A DNA stretch of 64,000 bases from Catajapyx aquilonaris (lineage: Eukaryota). The stretch covers positions 62,001 to 126,000 of the forward strand of contig KZ538148.1 in the NCBI GenBank assembly GCA_000934665.2. Reading direction: 5' to 3'. How positions within the stretch are numbered: the stretch's first letter is position 1; each line of letters opens with the position of its first letter. This document shows, in pieces, positions 27,701 through 38,396 of this stretch. Below the pieces are notes generated by a model, which saw only the letters and a program-made list of their open reading frames with translations, made no database searches and was not told the origin of the DNA. The position numbers were made by a program, and so were the translations under genes.

Positions 27701-30700
27701 TGCCCTTTTGCGGGGCTGCGGGGCAATCCTAGCACGCCCTATGCAAGCATTACGTGCAGACGCTTTTCATCTGCTTCCCCGGGTTTTTGGGGGGAACTGG
27801 GTCGGGTGACCGCGTTTTGGATTCTTCAGATTGGCCACTAATCTTTCCCCGAACCTTGCTAACTTGCTAGTTTGGTTTATGTAAAATGTTCATATTTATT
27901 TTCATTTATGGAGTGTCTGCTTTGGACTATATTTATCTATTTATTTATTATTCGTTGTTAGTTATTTGTTTGTTGTTAGTTGTTGTTATTTTGTATTGTG
28001 TTGTGTTCCGAGATACTTGTCCGATTGCTGTTGCGGTTTTTCGTACTAATATATTTTCGTACTAATATATGCTTATTATTAAGCTGAATTTCCTTTGGCG
28101 TGGTTACTTTTATTGGCCATCAAAAATGAGCTTCTAATATTAGATCTAATTGAATCGCTTATGCCAGCTCTGAATTGCAATGAATTTATGATTGGGGATG
28201 CCGATTGAAACAATATTGGCATCGAACGTCAATAAAAAATAACACTCAATAAAACCCATTTTGCTCCGGATGGAGCCCCTCGCTGGTGTTAAATAGCATG
28301 GTTCATACAGTCTAATAATAAGCAGCTTAGTGCGAACAAATTTCAACAGTTATCGGACAAGTATTCCTGACCACCCTGTTTTATTTTATAGGTCAGGATG
28401 AAATGCAGGATATTATAAGCTTGCTGTCGCATGCCTCCCTGCTCTTCATCCCAGGCAAATCCATTATATATGCTTAACTGTGGTGGGTCTGAATGCATGT
28501 ATTCTTGGTTCAGATTTGCATGTGCACTGATATAATTTCCACATTTTTGTTACTTACAGTTTCTTTGACAGATATTACCATCTGCTCTTGTAACTCTGTA
28601 TGTTGTCAGTGGTTATGGCTTGCATGTGGAGCTGTTAGTAGTTATTCGGCGTTTTATTGGTTTTCGCATCACGTCGTACTTGCATCTGCTGTTCCTCACA
28701 TTGACCAACTTTCGCTTGGAGTTTGTTTGCCACGTCGCGTCGTGTGGTAAGATATTGACCGCTCTTGTATCTGTCTGCTGTATGTATCTTGTTGTTACTT
28801 CACTGGTAATAGTATAGTAGTCTTTTTGTTGCTTTCTGCATCACATCGCACTTCTTTCTGATGCTCATCACCTTGAGCAACTTTTTGATTACGACGACAA
28901 TAGGTTTTTTCTGTATAACTTCCGTCCTGTTAAAGTTATAATTGATTTCTCAGGGGCAAAAGATTCTTTCATTATGTTATCTAAAAACCATCTATGTCAG
29001 AATCCGTGTAAGTATAAAAATCCAAGTAAAGGGCATTACGAAAGTGTTAAAAATTTTGATTTTGAAAAAGTGCTCCAGTCGGACACCTTTCCCTCTAATT
29101 TGGACCTCAAAGTATTTATTTAGAGGTAATTGAAAACAAACATATAGGTTATGTAGTTGAGTGACTTATTGAAACCCAATTATAGGAGGCTTAGGATAAA
29201 AATATTAATTCCAAAACATTGACCTATATGTTCTAATGAAGACTCGGATTGTACTTGGTAAATAGAAAATAGTAAATGGGACCAGGATATTTTCTTTCTA
29301 CTTCTTCCATCATTTATCACCTAAAAATTAACGAATATTAGCCCGTGTAATAATATTTGGTTAGAAGTGCGGGTCCGAATTTGGAACGCTTATGCAGGTA
29401 TGCAGGGTAAAGGAATTGTTTTGAAAACATAGCGTCGTTTATTATTATATCTGTAATTGGCAGTTTCATAGAGCAGGTTATATTATAAATCCGAGTTTCT
29501 TTCCGAAAAATCCTTACTTTTGATTGTTGCCAACAATGGTTATTATGGCAATTCTTGTTATAGCCAAGGTTCTAAATTTTAACCAGGTTGGTGAAACCCG
29601 ACCTAAGAAATAGTTAAATAACCACATATAGAGTGTTACTTCTCTATTTTTAGGAATCAGTATTTATTATTTATATTTATTTATATTATACCCCATTTTC
29701 GAAGGCCTATGGCCTTTTTAGTGGGGAACACTCTGATACAGGACTACGTACAAAATACCATTGTTCTGTGGCTGTAAATAAAGTAAGTATATAAATTGAA
29801 ATCAGTAGTGAAATACGAACTCGGACCATTGTCGAACTATGCCAAAGAAACGTTGAAACAATTTTACAGATCACGATAATAGAAACAATTAACACACCAC
29901 CACGAATGCACAATACTAAATAATGGCGATTCCATTACTTCACGCAGTCTGTCTGAATTAGTCATTCCCCTCTTCACTAATATGTATCACTTGGTTGACA
30001 AAATTTAAATAATTCTTGGTGACTTTCTATTACTATTTTCTGGTGTGCAGGTGCAATGTGTTGTTGCGCTAATATTCGTTCAGCGTATTTGTTGCTTTTC
30101 GCATCACATCGCATTCCCTGCTGCCCCTTCCCCTAAGCTTTATTTTTGGTTGTGGATATTTTCTGTTCTAACCTGAGGCGTGGGTTTGGTCCTGGTGTGC
30201 GAGTACAGGAGTACAATATTTTCCCTGTTGATATTATGTGCGACGTGTTCCATGACATAACCTACACTTTGAGCCAAGTTGTGACAGGAGCTTATTGGGT
30301 CCTGGTCTGGGTAAAAATGCGCCACCTCCGCCAACTCTGCAAACATATACGGCCAGAGAGAGAAACAGGCTCCGGAGTGGTGATCAAAAGGGCGCAGGTA
30401 TAGCGAGGGAGCCATGTTGCGGCCGTATTTGAGTAATTGTGTTCTGAATGCAGGCGCGCAAACAAGAGAAGGTCGTCCCTTCCGGGTTGCGAGCCCCCTC
30501 CTTGGTACTTTGGCAAGTTCCATTTAGTCGGGGGAGAATTGGATTGCTTTGTAACAGCGGTTGCCCATTGCCGGGTTGTGCATCTTCAAAGCTCGTGGCT
30601 CATCCTCTTAGTATCCGGGCGCCGGCTGCCAAATTGCTGCAGGTCTCGCTCCGGGATGCCGCCGACGTCGAAGGGCGCGCACCACAGAGCAGAATTAAAT

Positions 30701-33560
30701 TCATTTCTGCAGGGGAGGGAGGGAGGAGGAGTGTGGCTGAATCACCTCCCCTTCCTTCTTCCTGTCTTTTGCCGCACCGTTTTGTCCCCCGGGGCACTCC
30801 GGGCCCTCGTTGGAACTAATGGATGTCTTTGGCACCATCAGAGGCCATGGTTGGCGCTTGATGGAGCTAAATGGAGGAGGGGCGGGGGGGGGGGGGNTGG
30901 GGGGGGGGGGGTGGGTTGAGAGAGCATATATGGTGGTGTTGAGTGATGACGCAACCTGGCTGCTGACTCCGACGTGGGGTACCATGACTTACCATGGCCG
31001 TCTTCTTTGATAGGCAAACCCGAACCTCCCAGTGGACGTCCGGGGCCGTTGCTGAAAGAGCCCATCTTCCCCAACGCCCCAGCTCCCTACAGTAAGTACG
31101 GTAGAATGGAGCCCGATACTTCTTTCCCCTGTATTTTCTATTATCTGTTGTGGTCCTGAAGGTACCGAACAAACGGTCACACTAGTCGCGTCCCACTTTC
31201 CTGGATGCACCAGAATGCTGGCAGTCGAATGGGTCGGCTCCTGGGCGGTATACGTTGTTGTGTTTGGGCGCCCCCATGCTGCTTGCCATTTGGGCACTTT
31301 CCGGTCGGGACTAATTGCGCACTAAGGCACCGTCTTAAAAAGAAAGTGCTGTTCCTCCAACTGGATTGCAAGTAGTTTTTTTTCCCCCTCGTCCTTCTTC
31401 GTCTTCCTCTTGGTGGCAGTTTTTTTTTCTCCGGTTGGTTAGTTCTTCCACCTGCCTGCTAAAACGACAGGAAACGGGTTTGTGCTAGTTAAAGAGGGCC
31501 CTCTGCCGAAGCGGAATATGGACGCATTCCGTGTGAAAGGAGAGGAGGAGCAAAGAAAAGGGATTTAAAAAAGGTGTGGACTTGACAAGGCTCTTTCGGT
31601 AAGTCGGAAAGAAAAACAGTGTTCGGCAAAAGCTCAGCGGGGGATGCTGCTACTGCGGCGAAAGTGGCCTTCAGCAGTAGCGTGACCCCTTGAACCAAGG
31701 TGCAGCCGACGGAAAAGGGCTGGCGGAAAACAATGCAGCTGGGCCGTGGCGAATGTCAATTGGTCGGGCCAGAGGGAAAATTGCACACTCGAATGGCAGC
31801 GACAATTAGGCCAGCGCGCAGTTGAATACTGGCCACACCGATGCCATTTCGGGAAAAAGTTGCGACAGGCTGCTGCCACCGCTGCCATGTGTCCTGACCG
31901 ACGCATTCACAGCCACTTCATTAAAATTGATGCACAACCCCTCTGGAATCAAAATAGCGTGCGTGTCATATTGTGAGTGTGCCCAATGCACTTGGCCCTC
32001 GATGTCACTGCCGCATAAAAGGTTCATTCATGGCGGATTTTGGTTTGTACTCGACGAAGAGAGTTGGTCAACAAGCTCGACAACAACCAACATGGCGTGC
32101 GGTTGCAGGACCACCGGAGGGCGCGGGACACTTCTTGACAACGTGTTCAGTGGGCAGCTGCAGGAGAAGGATGGTCCTTGCCCGGAAGAAGACTGGATGT
32201 CACGGCGGACTTGGTGCTGGCGCCCTAGACGACGGGTGATGGACTGATGGCCCCGGCGTGCCATTCCAACTCGGATGAGGACAAAGGCAGCCCGCCAAAC
32301 CGAATCCCCGAGAAAAGGGGTTGTCCATTCCAACGCCGTCGCCAGCGCCCCCGCCCCATTGATTTTTTTTCTCCTTTTTTTATACCGTCACCCCCCATCT
32401 TAGCCTGATGGTGGAAAGAAGCCCAGTTGCTTCTGAGGAAAACCCGGGCACCTCTTCTGTAATGGGACTCCTTTTCGTTAATCCATTTCTGGGATTATGT
32501 CCCAGCCCGGAGTTGTGCGGGCTAGAGGGATTTTGCCCTCGGCGGGCGGGCATTGCGAGTACCTCATCCTCTGCAGTCATCCATCTACATCTCGTACAAC
32601 CAACGCCTAATTAGTCTCGAGGTCTCTCCTGCCATTTCAAATTACCCTCTCGCTTTATTTCTTCAGCCTATAGTAGGACACGGCTTTACCCTGCGTTCGA
32701 GCACGCACAACTGCCGATGCCGGTCCACAAGGTTACGAGAAAAGAGGCCTCCAAAAATGGTTGGGATGAGACGAGAGCGATCCACTCTGAATCCCGGATT
32801 GATCGGCCTTGTGGTCGCAGGCCAAATGAATTCCGGCTAGAAAATGGCTTCATTAATAAGCAAGAATGAGAGAGAGGGGGAGAGAGAGACCGGGATTTCT
32901 TGGTTCCGACCAACCGGAAGTTGTAGAGTAGCCCTGGCAGCCAGAGGCAAGTGCAGAGGACCCGAGTGTCAAGTGCCTTCTGCGGCCGGCTCCCAGATGC
33001 ATCCAACGTTAGTTGGGCCTGCTAGAAGCGTCCTGAAATATTCAGGCGGCCGTTGGTAAAGGGGAATAATGGCCGGATAAAGCACCCAACACCACTTCAC
33101 CTAAGGGGGAACATGATTCCCTTCCAGTTCCGCCTCCCAGCATTTAATTAGCTACCTTGTGTGGATAAGTTTCTGCGATGCAAAATGGATGACGTTGGGA
33201 ACCTGGGAACTGCATTGAACATTTTCGGGTGAATTTATGTCCTCTGGAGTCTGGCTCCAAAAGTAAAGGAAAGGGGAGGGAGGGGGTAGAGCAGGGAAGT
33301 CTTCGCCCGCCCGCTCGTCCTCGCCTTGGATTGGATTCGTGTTCTGGAGGAGAAACTTTGTGCATGGAGCTCAAGTAGCAAAGGGAGGAGGAACTTGCGC
33401 GCTGGCGGGTAGGCTTCTGCTATCGAGTTGCGGCTTTCATATGGCCCAGCAACACAAGTGGGTTGGATTATGGAATGAGCTGTCCTGGAAATACAGCGTT
33501 TCCGGGTTGTGGTTAATATTTAAAGACGGAACCGCCCGACTCAAGGTTCAAACACCTCGA
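12755..33560 (+). other. Giant intronic RNA hairpin III (~20.8 kb, apex ~23.0-23.3 kb)
   Basis: Dozens of nested helices, e.g. 12773-12788/33530-33545, 13195-13209/33187-33201, 15053-15062/31706-31715, 16990-17000/30278-30288, 18333-18342/27624-27633, 21045-21055/25291-25301, 22053-22063/24290-24300. Confidence 0.78.
17565..17850 (+). mobile_element. tRNA-derived SINE, diverged copy
   Basis: A/B-box head and central core similar to the copies at 52826 and 53534. Confidence 0.7.
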
Positions 33561-33594
33561 GTGACGTGCATGCTTGTTTAGATCTTCTGGCATG

Positions 33595-33601
33595 TACTAA
33601 C
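33595..33601 (+). promoter_or_regulatory. Consensus branch point (TACTAAC) of the giant intron
   Basis: Perfect TACTAAC 76 nt upstream of the acceptor at 33677, followed by a U-rich tract. Confidence 0.6.
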
Positions 33602-33677
33602 CAACTTTCTTAGTACTGGTTCGTGACAGTTATATGTATTTATTTATATATTTTTTTGCTTCTGTTCCTTCCTACAG

Positions 33678-33810
33678 GGAATGAATCCCTTCGGGGTGGA
33701 CCACAGCACTTCAGCGGGGGCAACGATCGCTATGAAGATGGTTATGGGATGCCTCATAATGGACCAGCTCCATACAACAATCACTACGGTGATCGATTCG
33801 CCCCTGAAAG
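33678..33810 (+). CDS. HNRNPL: hnRNP L exon, Gly/Tyr-rich linker (GNESLRGGPQHF...FAPE)
   Basis: ttccttcctacag acceptor, GTAAGA donor; phase 1 matches exon 83-146 and phase 2 matches the next exon. Confidence 0.8.
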
Positions 33811-34315
33811 GTAAGAGATATGCAGAGCCTTGATGGATGCTTACAAGATCCAGTTTTAATATTCGTGGCAAGTTACTATTTTTAGTGCTTTTTATTGCTT
33901 CACATTGAAGGCTATGTTTTCGAGTGTCAACTCCGCGAATTTTTAAATAAGTTATAACAGTTACAGTTACAGCAGCCGTTTATCAGGGGGCTCTAATGCG
34001 TTTCCCACACAGGATTATGCATATTGTGAGCATAAATTATAGCAAAACAGGTCATAATATGCTGCATGCTAAATGCTATATGACCACAATACACATTATG
34101 TTCCAACTGAATTGTCCATATTAGCGAAATTGCTACTGAGCTGCTAGTTTTGAAGAACTTGAACAGTTATTATTATGGACTAGCAAAAAATGTTAACTAG
34201 TAACATTAGGTTGAATGGTCATCTTGCTGACTACCACAGGGGAAAGTTTAAGCTGTTAAAAAGTACGTAACACGTGACCTCGTATGCCAGTGGTTCCAAG
34301 TGGGTTGTTTTTAAT

Positions 34316-34561
34316 GGGTGGAATTTTCGTCGTACTACTAGTCACTTACCCTGTAATGCCCACTGGGTCATATTTGGCACACACCTTAGTGCAATTTTTG
34401 CAATTCTTGCAATTTTTATATTTTCTGTAAGTGCCAAATTGCTCTAAATGGTGTGCCAGATATGACCCAAGGGGCATTACAGGGTTAACTTAGCAGTACC
34501 AGTGTAATGCAATGGTACTGCTAAGGTAGCAGTAACTAGTAGAGCGACGAAAATTCCACCC
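34316..34561. mobile_element. Short MITE (TIR gggtggaattttcgtcg, AAT duplication) containing a nested piggyBac-like palindromic MITE at 34349-34484
   Basis: Two nested inverted-repeat pairs; inner ends ccctgtaatgccc / gggcattacaggg+TTAA; related fragments at ~61580 and ~62882. Confidence 0.7.
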
Positions 34562-35116
34562 AATGCCTTTTAATCGCGGAAGTATATTTCAATTCGGGGT
34601 TGCAACAGATTAGTATCAGTCATTATTTTTTTACAGTTTCTTGGGGACAGCAGACTTTTGAATTTATCAAAATATTAGCTTGTATTATTATGGCAAATTG
34701 GAGTATTCTTGTAAACTGCTGCAGATGCATCTCGACTCTGAAAGATGGTTCAGATATTTACCTCAGTGCCAGTGTGTCAAAATGAGACACTGACAATGTC
34801 ATGAGCTGGGAAATTATTTGCAATTCAAGGCCTAGGGGCCATAATTAACTAAAAGTAACTGCTTAATCATAAGCAACTTAGTTTTTTTAATAAAATTGCT
34901 TACCACTAGGGACATTTCAATTGGAACATTGCATAGTTGGGAGAGCATTTGAAAACTGCATTGAGATGGGAACAGCACAGCATGTGCACCTCCTGCTAGT
35001 CATGTGGTTCAGTTCAAGTTAGCTGTTGCACATTGAATTCTCTTGGACCACTGCCAGAACTTTACTGGTGTCGTACCTTCTTGGTCCACAACATACATGT
35101 GTTCTGAATCTTGCAG

Positions 35117-35393
35117 GGCTGAACCAAGAGGTTTGCTGGCCCGTTACGGTGGCGGAGGTGGTGGGGGAGGAGGTGGGGGAGGGGGAGGGAAAGAAGAGTT
35201 CCGCAATGGGCCCTTACGTTCATCTCCCCCTCGGCCCGCGGGCTATGGCGGGGCCTTGGCAGGCCCGGCCCCTGCAGGCACCCCTGGAGTCCCTCAGCAA
35301 GGTGCCGTCATGATGGTGTATGGACTCAATGCCGACAAGATGAATTCTGACCGCCTCTTCAATCTCTTCTGCCTGTATGGCAATGTGGTCCGG
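35117..35393 (+). CDS. HNRNPL: hnRNP L exon, Gly/Pro linker and start of RRM3 (VMMVYGLN..MNSDRLFNLFCLYGNVVR)
   Basis: Diagnostic hnRNP L RRM3 sequence; ttgcag acceptor, GTCAGT donor. Confidence 0.95.
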
Positions 35394-36444
35394 GTCAGTA
35401 TGCCACTGCCTCTAACCCCCTTGGATTTTACAGATGTGAAAGCCACACGCATTATATTGAGCAAGTGAATCAATGGTCCGAGCCCCCTCCAAGTCCTGTA
35501 AGTGTCACGGAGGCGTAATGTTCACCGCGACAGGCGTAATTTGTCAGCATTACCCCCCTTCCCTTCTTTGGAAAGGGGGTAGGTGTGTTCTTCCAACTCC
35601 CTGTCAGTGCCCGGTCTTGGCCGCATTAATTAGCAGCATTTATTTCCGGGCCTCTTCATGCCACCCCGACTCCTCCCTATTGTATTGCTTCATTGATTAA
35701 TGCAATATTCACTCAAGTGGCGTCGAGAGGCCCTTGTCTCGGTGTAGAAGGACCAGGCACATACCAGGACAGAAAGATTAATTGCTGACGGGCAAGGATT
35801 GATGTGTTCATTAGCACCGGGGCCCTCTTTTGTCCCGCCACCAGAAAGCCCTTCTCCTCCTATATAAGAAAATCTCCAGTCAAGACCATAGGAGCTTTTC
35901 CCCCCAAAGACTTGTGTCGCGGTTGTCGCCCACCACCAACGAAGCTTCGGAAGGAGACACATTCCTCTCCCATTATGCCCAGAAATTTCTCCTTCGGATT
36001 CCCCACCCATTAGTTAGCTGAGCCTGGAACCTTGACAAATTAGTGTCACCTGGATAACAAAGGGACTTCTCAGCACTTTCCATTAAGCACTTTTTAAACC
36101 GAGGAGTACAAGTTGGGCAAGGAATGGAAGCGATGGTGATGGATGAACCTGAACGGCCGGAACTTGAAATTCGTACAGTATACATTGACAAGGTTGCTTG
36201 TATGCATGCAGCGTCTCTACACAGAAGCTAAAATTAATGCGTGGTCCTTTCTTGGAAGGAAACCAGGGGCATACATCATTACTGTCACTTGCTGCTGGAC
36301 TAGGTCAAGTCAAAAAATAAAAGCATTGGAAAAGCTCTCACTTGCCAGTATATTTGTGATTCAACAACCTAGACCTAGAGAAATGGTAGACATCTGGGAA
36401 TCTCAACTAATGTTTTTTTTTTGTTTGTTTGTTTTTGACAACAG

Positions 36445-36566
36445 ATCAAATTCCTGAAGACCAAGGAGGGATGCGCCATGGTGCAGTTGGGCGATGGCAT
36501 AGCTGTAGAACGATCTGTGCAGAACTTGAACAACACAATTTTCTTTAACGCCAAAATGCAGCTGGG
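36445..36566 (+). CDS. HNRNPL: hnRNP L exon, RRM3 (IKFLKTKEGCAMVQLGD...KMQL)
   Basis: Own translation, in frame with flanking exons; canonical AG/GT. Confidence 0.95.
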
Positions 36567-36859
36567 GTATGTATCTGGTCAATTATTTTTTTTGTGCTAC
36601 TTTTTCGCTTCACCTTGATTGCCTCTGAAGCTGTCACGTAGATTCCAAGCCCGAGATTTCTTCCCGGTCAAAATATTGCTGATGGGTGCCTGGAAGCATA
36701 GAATGTGGCAGTCACTGCTGGATGTTGGGGTGCAATTGACAAGTTTTGTGGGTATGGTGAGCCTCCACTAGTGACTGCATCATTCGAGTAGTAGATTTAG
36801 CCTTTTTCAAGGTGCAGGGCACACAACATCATGCAACATTACCAATCTCTCATTCGTAG

Positions 36860-37010
36860 ATATTCCAAACAAGCATTCCTTAGTGATGTCCAGCAACCAT
36901 ACACTCTTCCTGATGGAAGTCCATCCTTCAAAGACTACATGGGCAACAAAAACAACAGATTCATAAACCCTGAAATGGCAAGCAAAAACAGAATACAACC
37001 TCCATCCAAG
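36860..37010 (+). CDS. HNRNPL: hnRNP L exon (YSKQAFLSDVQQPYTLPDGSPSFKDY...KNRIQPPSK)
   Basis: Conserved RRM3-RRM4 linker; canonical splice sites. Confidence 0.95.
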
Positions 37011-37772
37011 GTAGGCCCCATTTGTGTGAGATGAATACACTTGGGTTGTTGGTTAGTTATGGGGGGGTCGGGGTGGGAGGAAGGGAATGAGGGAGGGAGG
37101 GAGGGAGGGAGGGAGGGAGGAAAGAACTGAAAGAAAATGGGGGAGAATTGATTGATTGAGGAGGTCAGAGGTTCGACCAAAGTTGGCACAACCTGGCAAA
37201 ATGTAGTGACATACACCCACCCACCCACCCTCGTATAATTTGGGAAATGGATGGAAAAAGTCAACCACACCTGCCGCACGCACACAAGAAAATCTTTTTG
37301 GCACAGCCAAGACTTCATTATAAACATGAACTTGGGAGTAGTGGCCTGAGAGGAGAGGGAAAAATGTTGAGAAAAGGGACAAGAAGGGGGAGATTATGAA
37401 AGGGAAATACAGTATGTGGGAGTAGGGACCACCTGCAGGGTGTTTCCAGAGTTTGTGGTTGGTGAGAATGGCTGAGTTGTTGGAAACATTGACATCTGTG
37501 CACAACTTGACTTGGCTTTGTGGCATCTGGCCTGGGTTCTTGTGGTGCCTTCCTGATGTGTGGAGAAGCGTGGGGCTTTTGGGACAGAATTGCTGGTGAC
37601 TTGCACAACTTTTGAAACACCCTATGTGTTGGGATACCTGAAGATCACTTGTAACCAGCTAGTTGACCTTAGTGTGTGTCTGGGTGTGTTTGTGTGTGTG
37701 TAACCACCAAGAACCAAGCTTGCCCTACTTAGCAAAGAAAGGAGCTTACGGAATCGTTTCTGTCCCCGACAG

Positions 37773-37884
37773 GTGCTGCACTTCTTCAACACGCCCCCTG
37801 GACTGGATGAGGACAATCTGTGCAGCGTGTTTGACACTGCTGGTGTGAAGCCGCCCAAGACAGTCAGGCTGTTTCCTTCCAAAA
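37773..37884 (+). CDS. HNRNPL: hnRNP L exon, RRM4 (VLHFFNTPPGLDED...LFPSK)
   Basis: LHFFN motif of RRM4; CAG acceptor, GTGAGT donor. Confidence 0.95.
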
Positions 37885-37947
37885 GTGAGTGATTTTTTTT
37901 GAGGAAGTAAACCACAGTTTTTCATACATCTATCTTGCTCCTTTCAG

Positions 37948-38043
37948 CTGAGCGAAGCTCATCTGGTTTGCTGGAGTTCGAGAGCATTTCCGAGGCCCTT
38001 GAAGCACTGGTGATGTGCAACCACAATCCAATACCCAATCCAA
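37948..38043 (+). CDS. HNRNPL: hnRNP L exon, RRM4 (ERSSSGLLEFESISEALEALVMCNHNPIPNP)
   Basis: SSSGLLE motif; tttcag acceptor, GTAAGT donor. Confidence 0.95.
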
Positions 38044-38322
38044 GTAAGTTTTCTGGGGTAGATGGGAGGGGCATCTTGAAGGGGGGAAGAGTGTGAATAG
38101 ATTGGCATGGGATGGGTGGAGAAGGGTTTTGATAGTAATATCCAGTTTGGTGATTAATGGCAGCTGCTGGCAGCAAAAAGAGGGGTGGAAGGGACGGGCT
38201 TAAGGAAACTATTCCTAGATGAGGAAGGGAGACTGGAATTTCAATCACGTCTGTTTCATCAACGTAAAGCTTTTATGGCTTCTCTCAACTCAACGGCCTG
38301 TTTTCCACTTGCTTTTTTGCAG

Positions 38323-38396
38323 ATGGAAAGTTCCCCTACATCATGAAGCTTTGCTTCTCGTCCTTCCGTCACATCCCACCTCCAACTCAACAGTAA
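38323..38396 (+). CDS. HNRNPL: hnRNP L terminal coding exon (GKFPYIMKLCFSSFRHIPPPTQQ*)
   Basis: PY.MKLCFS C-terminal motif; TAA at 38394-38396. Confidence 0.92.

Noticed and set aside
700..33500. Hundreds of short ORFs in the giant intron
   Set aside because: No recognisable domains or consistent exon structure; expected in GC-rich non-coding DNA.
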